DNA of 64,000 nt from an uncultured Gammaproteobacteria bacterium (lineage in GTDB: Bacteria > Patescibacteriota > Microgenomatia > JALYQM01): contig CAZHTP010000006.1 in NCBI GenBank assembly GCA_964535655.1, positions 1,532 through 65,531 of the forward strand, read 5' to 3'. This document shows, piece after piece, positions 1 to 9,449 of this stretch. Every line of letters begins with the position of its first letter. Position 1 is the stretch's first letter. The position numbers and the translations under genes were made by a program. The notes under the pieces are model-generated. The model did not search any database and was not told the DNA's origin. It saw only the letters and a program-made list of their open reading frames with translations.

Positions 1-860
1 CTTTAGGCATGCGCTTTGACGACCGCGTCACGGGCCGCTTAAAAGACTATGCACCCCACGCCAAAGTTATCCATGTTGAGGTAAATAACGAAGAAATAAA
101 TAAAAATGTTACGGCACATCTTTCCTTTAACGTAGACGTAAAAGAATGGTTAAAAAAAATTAACAGCAAACTTTCCGAAAAAAAACCAAATCGAAACTCT
201 TGGATATCTCAACTAAATACTTGGCAACAACAAGAAAATAAAGAAGTAACAACCAAAGAACAAAATAACCCCAATTTAAATGCCTATCATATTATTAAAG
301 CTATTTCCGACTACACACAAGGCAACACCATAATCGTTGCCGACGTCGGACAACATCAAATGTTTGCCGCCAGATATTTCCAAGCAGCAACACCAAATTC
401 ATTTATTACTTCAGGTGGTGCCGGAACCATGGGCTTCGCGCTGCCTGCAGCCATTGGTGCAAAAAAGGCAAACCCCGAACGCGACGTTTGGGTAATCGTT
501 GGCGATGGCTGTTTTCAAATGACCCTCCAGGAAATGCAAGTTTTGAGTCAGGAAAAATTAAATATAAAAATTGCCTTACTCAATAACAATTATTTAGGCA
601 TGGTTCGCCAATGGCAGGACATGTTTTTCCAACATAATTACTCCCAAGTTAATTTACATAATCCAAATTTTGTCGCTCTCGCCCAAGCCTTTGGTAGCCA
701 GTCCGAAAAAGTAACAGATAAATCACAAATCAACGATGCCCTAAGCCGTGCAACAAAATATCAAGGATCATATTTAATAGAATTCCAAACCGAAAAAGAA
801 GAAGCAGTATTCCCAATGATGTCACCTGGTGCCGCTACCTATGAAATGAGGTTGAAATGA
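1..860 (+). CDS. ilvB: Acetolactate synthase large subunit, C-terminal ThDP-binding part. The gene begins upstream of the window.
   Basis: Open reading frame runs to the window edge. ThDP-binding motif GDGCFQMTLQEMQV is present and the ALS C-terminal domain is conserved. Confidence 0.8.
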   Translation, partial: LGMRFDDRVTGRLKDYAPHAKVIHVEVNNEEINKNVTAHLSFNVDVKEWLKKINSKLSEKKPNRNSWISQLNTWQQQENKEVTTKEQNNPNLNAYHIIKAISDYTQGNTIIVADVGQHQMFAARYFQAATPNSFITSGGAGTMGFALPAAIGAKKANPERDVWVIVGDGCFQMTLQEMQVLSQEKLNIKIALLNNNYLGMVRQWQDMFFQHNYSQVNLHNPNFVALAQAFGSQSEKVTDKSQINDALSRATKYQGSYLIEFQTEKEEAVFPMMSPGAATYEMRLK

Positions 861-889
861 ATTTAAGAGTTGAAGCTTTCGAAGCTGAA

Positions 890-986
890 GTACTAAAGCC
901 GACCTTCTTTGCCTGACCTTTGAGTTGGCAAAGTAGAGCTTTAAATTCCGAGCAAAGTCGAGGAATTAAGCGTGTCGGCGTAGTAC
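890..986 (+). repeat. Structured ~97-bp intergenic element, copy A. Nested hairpins and terminal inverted repeats.
   Basis: Outer stem gtactaaagccgac/gtcggcgtagtac. Conserved inner stem cttctttgcc...ggcaaagtag, a second hairpin, then ttaagcgtgtc. Same architecture as the element at 19155-19253. Confidence 0.5.
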
Positions 987-1022
987 TTAGCGAGAAAGTA
1001 AATTAATAAAAAGGAGACCAAT

Positions 1023-1256
1023 ATGACCTATACATTAGACATTATTTTAAACGAACAAGAAAGCACTTTAACCAAAATCATTACCACCATTCGCAAATTA
1101 CAAGGCAACGTCCAACTCTTCCACATGGAGAAAGAGCCAAACACAGCAAATGCCTTTATTCAAGCGGAAATAGCTAATGTTAGTTCAATTAACCTACTCG
1201 AAAAATCATTAAAGAAAATACAAGGAGTACAAGAAGTATGCAATACTACACTATAA
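1023..1256 (+). CDS. ACT-domain protein, likely acetolactate synthase small regulatory subunit (short IlvM/IlvN-like form)
   Basis: 77-aa ACT-like fold immediately downstream of ilvB. RBS aaaggagacc precedes the ATG. Confidence 0.5.
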   Translation: MTYTLDIILNEQESTLTKIITTIRKLQGNVQLFHMEKEPNTANAFIQAEIANVSSINLLEKSLKKIQGVQEVCNTTL

Positions 1257-3061
1257 AATGTTTTAATTGTCACAAAGCCACCTCTCAAAATACGATTGAA
1301 ACCAATTGTCCCGACTGCAATGGACCACTTACAATCAAATACGACGAGGATGCGCTTAAACAAAAAGTTAACCTGCACCTTCTTCGCTCAGCACCAATCC
1401 AATCATATAAATACTTAGACTTCTTCCCTTTAGATAATAAAAACAACCTCGTCTCACTCAACGAAGGCAATACACCCCTCTACTCAGTCAAAAAAGTTTT
1501 CCCAGAATTTCCCAACGTCTATATAAAATACGAAGGAGCAAACCCAACTGGAGCATTCAAAGATCGCGGCAGTTTTGTCGAACTTAATAAAGCCAAAGAA
1601 ATGGGGGCAAAAGCTGTAGTTGTAGCATCAACTGGCAATATGGCCGCATCAGTATCTGCTTATGCATCTCAAATCGGTGTACCTTGTTACGTTTTTATCC
1701 CCGAAGGAACCCCTCAAGGCAAATTAGCCCAAGCCATCGCCTTCGGCGCTAAAGTAATTCAAGTTCGAGGCACATATAATGATGCTCAACGTCTCGCCGA
1801 AGAATCAGCCAAAAAATTTGGCTTCTTCCTATGTGGTGACTATGCTTTCCGGGCAGAAGGCCAAAAAAGTATCGCCTACGAAATTGTTGAACAACTCAAT
1901 TGGCAAGCGCCAGACTATGTGTTTGTTCCGGTTGGCATGGGTACTAATTTAGCTGGGGTTTTTCGGGGCTTTGAAGAATTTTATAATCTCAAACTTATCT
2001 CAAAAATTCCTCAATTCATCGCAGTACAAGCCAACGGTGCATCCCCAGCGGTAACGTCATACAATACCCAATCAAAGGAACTACAAAAAGTTACTAAGCC
2101 ACAAACCGTTTGCTCTGCAATAGCGGTAGGCAATCCACTGGACTATCCAAAGGTCGCCGACGCGCTCAATAAATCGAAAGGATATGCCGTGACAGTATCT
2201 GATGAAGCAACGTTAAAACAAGAAAAAGATCTCGCCGATAAAGAAAGCCTCTTTATTGAACCATCCTCAGCAACAACAGTTGCAGCACTTAATCAAATGA
2301 TCGAAGAAGGAAGAATTCGCCCATCAGATACTATCGCATTAATAGCAACAGGTAATGGCTTGAAAGATCCTCAAACACTCTTAAAAGTTTCAATCCAACC
2401 GCCAACCATTGAACCAATGCTTGAAGAAGTACAAAAAATTCTCGACACCAATACCTTCGCCGTTCGCACTCTCGGTATTCAAGATAAAGAAACCGTACTC
2501 TTTGACACAGCTCCAAGCGATACATCACTCAACGAAATTCTAAAAGATATCAACATCAATCTGTCCAAGGATAACAAAAAAGAGCTCCACAAGCATATCG
2601 TCAGCTTTTTACAAAAAGGCAAAAAAATAACAAAAGCCGATCTTATGTACATGCTTGAAAGCACGCTAAAAAATTCCGAAAAGTACAAACAGATCTTAAA
2701 AGTTAACGATTTTTCAGTTCAGACGACTAAACAGCAGCCGCCTCAGTCAACAGTAGATATTGAATTCCTCGGTAAAAAATTAACCGCTCAAAGTGAAGGC
2801 GTCGGCCCAGTTGATGCTATCATTAACGCGTTAACTCAAATCGTTAACGGCAAAGGCGACTTTCACTGGAAACTTATCGATTACAAAGTCGAAATTAATA
2901 ATGCGGGGACCAACGCGGTAGTTGAAGTTACCATGGTACTTGAAGATCAAGACAAAAATAAAGTCGTTGAAGTAGCCTCCTCACCAGACATTATCGTTGC
3001 CAGTGTCGAAGCTTTTGAAAAGGGATATAATGCATTATATTGGAAGAATCATAAATCATAA
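1238..3061 (+). CDS. Threonine synthase-like PLP enzyme with N-terminal zinc ribbon, fused to a C-terminal LeuA-type allosteric (LeuA_dimer) domain
   Basis: N-terminal CxxC...CxxC ribbon. PLP-lysine motif NPTGAFKDRGS and ASTGNMAAS. C-terminus carries GVGPVDAIINAL, LIDYKV and SPDIIVASVEAF, typical of the LeuA regulatory domain. Confidence 0.7.
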   Translation: MQYYTIKCFNCHKATSQNTIETNCPDCNGPLTIKYDEDALKQKVNLHLLRSAPIQSYKYLDFFPLDNKNNLVSLNEGNTPLYSVKKVFPEFPNVYIKYEGANPTGAFKDRGSFVELNKAKEMGAKAVVVASTGNMAASVSAYASQIGVPCYVFIPEGTPQGKLAQAIAFGAKVIQVRGTYNDAQRLAEESAKKFGFFLCGDYAFRAEGQKSIAYEIVEQLNWQAPDYVFVPVGMGTNLAGVFRGFEEFYNLKLISKIPQFIAVQANGASPAVTSYNTQSKELQKVTKPQTVCSAIAVGNPLDYPKVADALNKSKGYAVTVSDEATLKQEKDLADKESLFIEPSSATTVAALNQMIEEGRIRPSDTIALIATGNGLKDPQTLLKVSIQPPTIEPMLEEVQKILDTNTFAVRTLGIQDKETVLFDTAPSDTSLNEILKDININLSKDNKKELHKHIVSFLQKGKKITKADLMYMLESTLKNSEKYKQILKVNDFSVQTTKQQPPQSTVDIEFLGKKLTAQSEGVGPVDAIINALTQIVNGKGDFHWKLIDYKVEINNAGTNAVVEVTMVLEDQDKNKVVEVASSPDIIVASVEAFEKGYNALYWKNHKS

Positions 3062-3071
3062 GGAGTGAAAA

Positions 3072-3728
3072 ATGAGCATCTCAAGAAAAATAATATTTCT
3101 AGGTATAACGTCTATTTTACTCACTGCCTGCACGACAGTTGTTCAAAATAACACCTCCACCCCAACTAACACAACATCTGCTCCTCAAAGCACCTCAGCG
3201 CCAGCAGAAACCTCCAAGGGATCACCAAGTTCGTCGCCAAAAGCCTCAGATAGTACAGCAAGTTGGAAACTCTATTCAAATCAAAAAGAAGGGTATCAAA
3301 TAAAATATCCGCCTACTTGGTACGCCATGAATGGGTTTGAATCCACAATTGGAACTTCCGAGAATTATCTATCGAATGAGAATGTAAAATACACAGAGCT
3401 TTCCAAAAACGGTGTATATTTATTTATTAAAAGAGATAATGCTACCCAAGCGCCCGAAAACAATCCGGTAAAAAACTTTAATGCTTTGTATACTTCTCAA
3501 ACTCATACTAATATCCAAATAGCCAATACACAAGCAATCAAAATTATTTTCGAAAACGAATTTGATGCCGGTTCAAAAGGCGATACCAATAAACGAATCA
3601 TTCGCTATGCTCTTATGCACAACAACAAAATTTATGTGTTAGAATTCAGAAGTAAATTCAATGTAGCAATAACCCAAAACGAGTCCATATTTGATTCTAT
3701 AGCACAAACATTTAAATTTACAAACTAA
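3072..3728 (+). CDS. Lipoprotein. Signal peptide with lipobox LLTAC and a Ser/Thr/Pro-rich linker.
   Basis: N-terminal hydrophobic segment followed by a Cys lipobox. Low-complexity STP region. Confidence 0.55.
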   Translation: MSISRKIIFLGITSILLTACTTVVQNNTSTPTNTTSAPQSTSAPAETSKGSPSSSPKASDSTASWKLYSNQKEGYQIKYPPTWYAMNGFESTIGTSENYLSNENVKYTELSKNGVYLFIKRDNATQAPENNPVKNFNALYTSQTHTNIQIANTQAIKIIFENEFDAGSKGDTNKRIIRYALMHNNKIYVLEFRSKFNVAITQNESIFDSIAQTFKFTN

Positions 3729-3730
3729 AT

Positions 3731-4117
3731 ATGAAACAATCAATCTTCTCCCCTGCGGCACCCAAAGCAATAGGGCCGTATTCTCAAGCCATTCAAGTCG
3801 GAACAGCACTGTACATCTCGGGGCAAATACCGCTCAACCCTGAAACCAACCAGCTTGTTGAAGGAGATATCAAAACACAGACTAAACAAATACTAAAAAA
3901 TGTTAAAGAAATAATTAAAGCCGCCGATCCTTCCGCGTCAATACAAAATATTGTTAAAACAACCATATTTTTAATTAATTTAGAAGATTTTAACGCCATT
4001 AACGAAGTCTATACCGAAACATTTGAGAACCCACTCCCCGCTCGCACCACTATTCAAGTTTCAGCGCTGCCCAAAGGAGCACTAATTGAAATTGAAGCAA
4101 TCGCTTCAATTAATTAA
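3731..4117 (+). CDS. ridA: RidA/YjgF family reactive-intermediate (enamine/imine) deaminase
   Basis: Strong match to the RidA family across 128 aa, for example AIGPYSQAI and TTIFL...EVY. Confidence 0.85.
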   Translation: MKQSIFSPAAPKAIGPYSQAIQVGTALYISGQIPLNPETNQLVEGDIKTQTKQILKNVKEIIKAADPSASIQNIVKTTIFLINLEDFNAINEVYTETFENPLPARTTIQVSALPKGALIEIEAIASIN

Positions 4118-4142
4118 ACGGCGCATCAAACGTTTTAATCAC

Positions 4143-4172
4143 ACTTGACGTCTTCAAGCATTGCTTGATACA
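4143..4172 (+). promoter_or_regulatory. Sigma70-like promoter TTGACG-N18-TACACT upstream of a small ORF and dinB
   Basis: Near-consensus -35 and -10 hexamers, followed by RBS AGGAG and ATG at 4228. Confidence 0.35.
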
Positions 4173-4227
4173 CTAGACCCAAATAAAACCCAAATATATT
4201 ATTTTTCCAAAAGGAGCTGTACCGTGT

Positions 4228-4482
4228 ATGCAGATAAATGAAAAAGTGTCAGTTCTTACTATCTTCGATGCTCCTCAGAACAAGGTACTTCCCTACTTAC
4301 TAAAATGGCGCAATCGCAAATACACCATTACAAAAATTGGTTTCCGCCACAAATTAAACATCGGCACCACCCTCCACCATATTTTCTCAGTCACCGACGG
4401 CAATACCTTCTTCAGGCTCAATTTCGACACCAGCAACCTCCATTGGACCCTCGAAGAAATGAGCGATGGAATAGAGACATAA
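4228..4482 (+). CDS. Small hypothetical protein (84 aa) upstream of dinB
   Basis: Good RBS and promoter context. No recognizable domain. Confidence 0.35.
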   Translation: MQINEKVSVLTIFDAPQNKVLPYLLKWRNRKYTITKIGFRHKLNIGTTLHHIFSVTDGNTFFRLNFDTSNLHWTLEEMSDGIET

Positions 4483-4652
4483 CATTTATAAAAATGTGCG
4501 TATTGAGAGTTTCGTAGCGGAAGAAATTTGCATCCGTCCTGGGAAAAAATTATTCGAAAAAAGAGATCGAGAGCAGAAAAACTCTAAAGAAGAAAAACTT
4601 AAACTTCAAATTTCTAAGCAGCGAACTCTCAATAAAGCAATAGGAAATTTTT

Positions 4653-5888
4653 ATGCACCTACCATTCAACACCACCAACCCTAAAATCCTCCACATCGAC
4701 ATGAACTCCTGCTTTGCAACAATCGAACAGCAAGCCAACCCTCTACTCAGAAACAAACCAATCGCCGTGGCTGCATACACCACCCCAAACGCCTGCATTC
4801 TCGCACCATCCTACGAAGCAAAACGCTACGGCGTAAAAGTTGGCATGCCAGTCTGGCAAGGAAAATTATTATGCAAAGATCTTGTAGTTATGCCTCCCGA
4901 TCCGCCTAAATATCGCGTCGCCCACGTACAATTCGTTCAGATTCTTCAAAAATATGCTCCGACTGTAGTTCCTAAATCAATTGACGAAGCAGTGCTGGAT
5001 TTTCGAGATACTCAATACACTGATCTTGAAAGTATTGGCTACAGTATTAAAAAAGAAATTCGTCAAACTATTGGTGAATGGGTTTCCTGTAATATTGGTA
5101 TCGGTCCCAATAGATTTCTAGCAAAAACAGCGGCCAGTCTTAATAAACCTGACGGATTAGATATCATCACCCATAAAAATGTTGAAAACGTCTACCTATT
5201 TCTCACCCTTACCGATCTCTGTGGAATCAACACCCGTTTCGAACGCCGCTTACACAATGCCGGAATTTTTACTGTTCCTCAATTCTACGAAAGCTCACTA
5301 CAAAAATTACACAAAGAAGTATTTAAAAGTATTGCCGGATACCACTGGTATCATCGTCTTAGAGGATACGAAGCCGATGCGGTGGAATTTAAAAGAAAAA
5401 GTATTGGTCATGAATACTCATTGCATAAAAAAACCGCTAACCAATATGAACTCTCAAAAATTTTAATGAAAATGTGCGAAAAAGTTGGCCGGCGATTACG
5501 TAAAAATGACTATATCGCCCGGGGCATTTATCTCCGTCTCGGATACACCGACCACGATGGCTTTCATCAAAGTCGTACCTTCCCAAGCAGTATGTATTCC
5601 AGTTTAGATATTTACAAGCACGCTCTAAGAATATTACATGAACAACCCACACTTAAAGAAGTCAGGCTACTCGCAGTTGGAGTATTTAACCTCGAATCCA
5701 ACTTTCCCCATCAAGTTGAACTTTACAATCCGTACAAGGAAACCCTCATCAAAGCTATGGATGCAATAAACGATCGTTACGGAGAATTTATCGTCACTAC
5801 CGCCCGCATGATGGATACCACAAAAGAAGCACCCGATCGTATTGCTTTCGGTAAGATGCACGATTTAAACTATGAAGAAAACAACTAG
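4653..5888 (+). CDS. dinB: Y-family DNA polymerase IV
   Basis: N-terminal ILHIDMNSCFATIEQ motif. UmuC/DinB palm, fingers and little-finger layout. Confidence 0.85.
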   Translation: MHLPFNTTNPKILHIDMNSCFATIEQQANPLLRNKPIAVAAYTTPNACILAPSYEAKRYGVKVGMPVWQGKLLCKDLVVMPPDPPKYRVAHVQFVQILQKYAPTVVPKSIDEAVLDFRDTQYTDLESIGYSIKKEIRQTIGEWVSCNIGIGPNRFLAKTAASLNKPDGLDIITHKNVENVYLFLTLTDLCGINTRFERRLHNAGIFTVPQFYESSLQKLHKEVFKSIAGYHWYHRLRGYEADAVEFKRKSIGHEYSLHKKTANQYELSKILMKMCEKVGRRLRKNDYIARGIYLRLGYTDHDGFHQSRTFPSSMYSSLDIYKHALRILHEQPTLKEVRLLAVGVFNLESNFPHQVELYNPYKETLIKAMDAINDRYGEFIVTTARMMDTTKEAPDRIAFGKMHDLNYEENN

Positions 5889-6664
5889 CGATTACGCTCA
5901 CGACTCACAAATTGGAATGTTCCAATTACCAAAAAAATCAAGCCAGTTCCACAAATAACCAACAAATTAATCCATACTGGGAAAAGTACAATTTTATCGT
6001 AAGAAGGCGTACCCACATAATAAATACCTCGCAGCAAATCTACCGCATACCGCATTGGCGAGATTAATGACAAAATATTTAAAGGTGGGGGTAATACTTT
6101 GATCGGATTAAAAATTCCAGCCAGGAAGAACTGTGGGAAAATCACAAAGGGGAAAATCTCTCGTGCCGATCGCCCACTTCCCAAGTTAGAAATAACCAAA
6201 ATCCCAAATGCTCCACCAAAAAAGCAGCAAAGCAACATAAATGGAACAAGTTGAACTAGTTGAATAAATTCAAATGGAATTTGCATAACAAATCCAAACA
6301 GGATAATGCCAATCACCTGTAAGAAGGCCACAATCGACTCACCGAGTATTTTCCCAACAATAATTGAATAACGGGAAATTGGCGAAACAAAAATTTCCTG
6401 CGAAAAGTCCTGTTCGCGATCCTCAGTTAATGAAATTATCCCCGCCGCAGTAGACTGAAACAAAGTCTGCCCAATAACACCAATAAAGGTAAACAGCAAA
6501 AAATTATAACCCAGCTCTTTCCCAATATTCGCCTGCAAACTACCACCCAAAACGCCAATAAATATAATAGGAAAAATAAACGTCGCAATAATTCGCCCTC
6601 TATCACGCAGGAATTTCAATAAGTCTCGATACGCAATAGCAATAACTGCCTGAACTTCCTTCAT
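5885..6664 (-). CDS. ABC-2 type transporter permease
   Basis: Six-TM profile. Four-bp overlap with the upstream ATPase gene. Confidence 0.7.
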   Translation of the reverse strand: MKEVQAVIAIAYRDLLKFLRDRGRIIATFIFPIIFIGVLGGSLQANIGKELGYNFLLFTFIGVIGQTLFQSTAAGIISLTEDREQDFSQEIFVSPISRYSIIVGKILGESIVAFLQVIGIILFGFVMQIPFEFIQLVQLVPFMLLCCFFGGAFGILVISNLGSGRSAREIFPFVIFPQFFLAGIFNPIKVLPPPLNILSLISPMRYAVDLLRGIYYVGTPSYDKIVLFPVWINLLVICGTGLIFLVIGTFQFVSRERNR

Positions 6665-7602
6665 TATTTCTCCTCAACGATTTTCAAATACGCTTCTTCT
6701 AAACTAGGCGAATTTATCTGCAACACTGAAAGCGGAACACGAATTCCTTGAATCACGTGCTGCGATGAATGGCCATTCAAACGGATATGAAATGGACCTT
6801 CCTCTTCTAATTTTAACCCCATCGACTCAACTTCAATCCGCAATTTCAAACGATCTTCTGCGTCTACTATAATATATTCAGTGGTAAGGTCATGCTTTAT
6901 AGATTCTGGTGTACCCAATTTAACTATTTTACCCTTATTAATAATACAAACACGATCGCAATATTCTGCTTCATCTAAATAATGAGTAGTTAAAAAAATA
7001 GTAGTTTTTTCAGTCTTACGCACTTCAGTTAAATATTCCCACAAACTAGCGCGAGCCAAAGGATCAAGCCCAACCGTAGGTTCATCTAAAAATAAAACCT
7101 TCGGGTGATGCATTAAACTACGAATAATCTCTAGCTTGCGCTTCATTCCACCACTAAAAGTTCTAATTGGCTTAAAAATTTCTTTTTTAAGATCTAAAAC
7201 TTCAGCCAGTTCATACACCCGCTTCTGGTATTTTTGCGACATTCCCTTAAAAGTAGGCGCAAACGGCTCTATGCCGTAAAGCACAGCATGCATGCGGATA
7301 TTCTCTTCCGCAGTTAAATTTTGATCAAGGCTTGGATTTTGGAAAATAATTCCTACCCGTCTGCGGACTTCCGAAGCTTGTGTTTCAATATCGTAACCAG
7401 CAACTTTTACCTCACCAGACATCTTAGATAACGTTGTCGTTAAAATCGAAATAGTTGTAGTTTTTCCTGCGCCATTTGGTCCAAGTAAAGAAAAGAATTC
7501 TCCTTCCTCCACCTCAAAAGAAACGCCATCAACAGCATTTTGCTCAGCTTTTTTATATTGCTTAACCAAATTCGAAACAGTAATTATCGCACTCATATGC
7601 AA
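6664..7602 (-). CDS. ABC transporter ATP-binding protein
   Basis: Walker A GPNGAGKTT, signature LSGGMKRKL, Walker B FLDEPT. Confidence 0.85.
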   Translation of the reverse strand: MHMSAIITVSNLVKQYKKAEQNAVDGVSFEVEEGEFFSLLGPNGAGKTTTISILTTTLSKMSGEVKVAGYDIETQASEVRRRVGIIFQNPSLDQNLTAEENIRMHAVLYGIEPFAPTFKGMSQKYQKRVYELAEVLDLKKEIFKPIRTFSGGMKRKLEIIRSLMHHPKVLFLDEPTVGLDPLARASLWEYLTEVRKTEKTTIFLTTHYLDEAEYCDRVCIINKGKIVKLGTPESIKHDLTTEYIIVDAEDRLKLRIEVESMGLKLEEEGPFHIRLNGHSSQHVIQGIRVPLSVLQINSPSLEEAYLKIVEEK

Positions 7603-7637
7603 AGTATATCATGTTCACTCATATCTAATAAATTCGA

Positions 7638-9449
7638 ATGAGAAGAGTTTGTTCTCACACAATTATCAATGTACAATATATACAAATGTTCCATCTGTCC
7701 AAAATAAAAATTTTTCTTGCAATTCTCCTTTTGCCTTGCATAGTTCTCGCTGGCTACCAAATCTATTTTTTTAACCGGGCATATCCTAATATTCAAATCG
7801 GCAAAATCGACGTCGGGGGGAAAAGCCGCGAAGAAATTCAAGCTATAGTCGAACAAGAAAACCAGAATCGTCAAAACCAAACACTCTCTTTTTCAGTTAA
7901 CAAATCAAACTACATCTCAATTAAAATGAACAAAGGATTAATTTATTATGATCCTAAAAAAACCGCCGATGCGGTAATTAAATACGGCCGTACCGAATCA
8001 ATTTCAAAGCAGCTACAGCAACAAATTGCCGCATTCAAAGAGAAAAAGAAGGTTGCTCCAGTCTACAATTTCGATAGTTTCACATTCGACACCATCTTGG
8101 CCGATGCAGTACGCCCCTACGAAAAACCAGTTATAGAAACACAATTAATATATACAACATCCGGTCCAGCACTAACTCCTTCTAAACCAGGGATCGAAGC
8201 CAATCGAGACAAGGCCATGGAACAAGTAAAAAAATATTTTGCGCTAGAAGCAGAATCTGCAACCATAGATATGCAGCTTGAACCAACACAACCAAAAATG
8301 ACTCGCGAAAACAGTCAAGGAGTTTTAGAATTGGCCAAGCGAGCGGTATCCCGACCTGTAACACTGTACTCCTCACAAATCCCCGATAAAACCTGGACAC
8401 TCGATGCGCCACAGCTCTACGACTTTCTCGAGATAAAATATAATGAACAAAAACAGCGTCCTGAATTAACAGTCGCGGATTATAAAGTAGCTTCCTATTC
8501 TGCCCAATTCGCGCCCCTTGTTAAAAAAGAAGTCAAAGAAGCCAAATACGAAGCTGTTGGAAATAAAATGATAGTGCTACAAGAATCAGAGGATGGTCGC
8601 GAACTAGACTCCGAAAAATTAACAGCACAACTTTCTCAAGCATTGTTTAGTGTTTCCCAAAATAATCGAATCGACCTGCCCATAAAAGCAATCAAGCCCG
8701 CTCTTGCCTTCAATACAGTTAATCAATATGGAATTAAAGAAATTATCGCATCAGGAACATCGCATTTTAATGGGTCAACTCCCGCCCGCATACACAATAT
8801 CGAAATAGCAGCTCAAAAATTAAATGGAACACTTATTAAACCTGGTGCAGTATTCTCTATGTACCAAGTCGTCGGAAATATTGAAAAATCTACTGGCTTT
8901 GAAGATTCCTACATCATTAAAAATGGCCGAACAGTAACTGGAGTCGGGGGCGGAGTCTGTCAAGTTTCTACAACACTTTTCAGAGCGGCACTAAATGCCG
9001 GCTTTACCATCAATGAACGACACCCACATAGTTATCGAGTTAAGTATTATGAGCAAGATGCACCTGCTGGGTTCGATGCAGCGATCTTCTTCCCTGCTGC
9101 AGATTTAAAATTTACGAATAATACAGGAAATTATGCGTTAATCCAAACTAAAATGGATAAACAAACGCACAATCTTACGTTCAATATATATGGGGTGAAA
9201 GATGGAAGAACTGTTGAAATCAGTGGCATCAAAAACCAAAACCAGATACAGCCACCTAAAGAAGTTCGCATTCAAGACGTCTCGCTCCCTCGCGGAATCA
9301 TTAGACAAACTGAATATGCTGCAACTGGTTCAGATATTTCTTTCTCTCGCACCGTTACAAAAGATGGAAAGCAAATTTCCAAAGACATCTTCAAATCTCA
9401 TTATTACCCGTGGCAAGCAGTCTACTTAATTGGAACAAAAGAAAATTAA
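7638..9449 (+). CDS. VanW domain-containing membrane-anchored protein
   Basis: N-terminal TM segment. C-terminal VanW motif GGGVCQVSTTLFRAALNAGF. Confidence 0.75.
   Translation: MRRVCSHTIINVQYIQMFHLSKIKIFLAILLLPCIVLAGYQIYFFNRAYPNIQIGKIDVGGKSREEIQAIVEQENQNRQNQTLSFSVNKSNYISIKMNKGLIYYDPKKTADAVIKYGRTESISKQLQQQIAAFKEKKKVAPVYNFDSFTFDTILADAVRPYEKPVIETQLIYTTSGPALTPSKPGIEANRDKAMEQVKKYFALEAESATIDMQLEPTQPKMTRENSQGVLELAKRAVSRPVTLYSSQIPDKTWTLDAPQLYDFLEIKYNEQKQRPELTVADYKVASYSAQFAPLVKKEVKEAKYEAVGNKMIVLQESEDGRELDSEKLTAQLSQALFSVSQNNRIDLPIKAIKPALAFNTVNQYGIKEIIASGTSHFNGSTPARIHNIEIAAQKLNGTLIKPGAVFSMYQVVGNIEKSTGFEDSYIIKNGRTVTGVGGGVCQVSTTLFRAALNAGFTINERHPHSYRVKYYEQDAPAGFDAAIFFPAADLKFTNNTGNYALIQTKMDKQTHNLTFNIYGVKDGRTVEISGIKNQNQIQPPKEVRIQDVSLPRGIIRQTEYAATGSDISFSRTVTKDGKQISKDIFKSHYYPWQAVYLIGTKEN

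Noticed and set aside
1160-1470. Antisense ORFs 1160-1378 and 1285-1470 inside the ACT/ThrC-like genes
   Set aside because: Fully overlapped by well-supported sense-strand genes. Low-complexity translation.
4121-4140. Possible SOS/Cheo box (aaacgtttt) upstream of dinB
   Set aside because: Does not fit GAAC-N4-GTTC or CTGT-N8-ACAG consensus.
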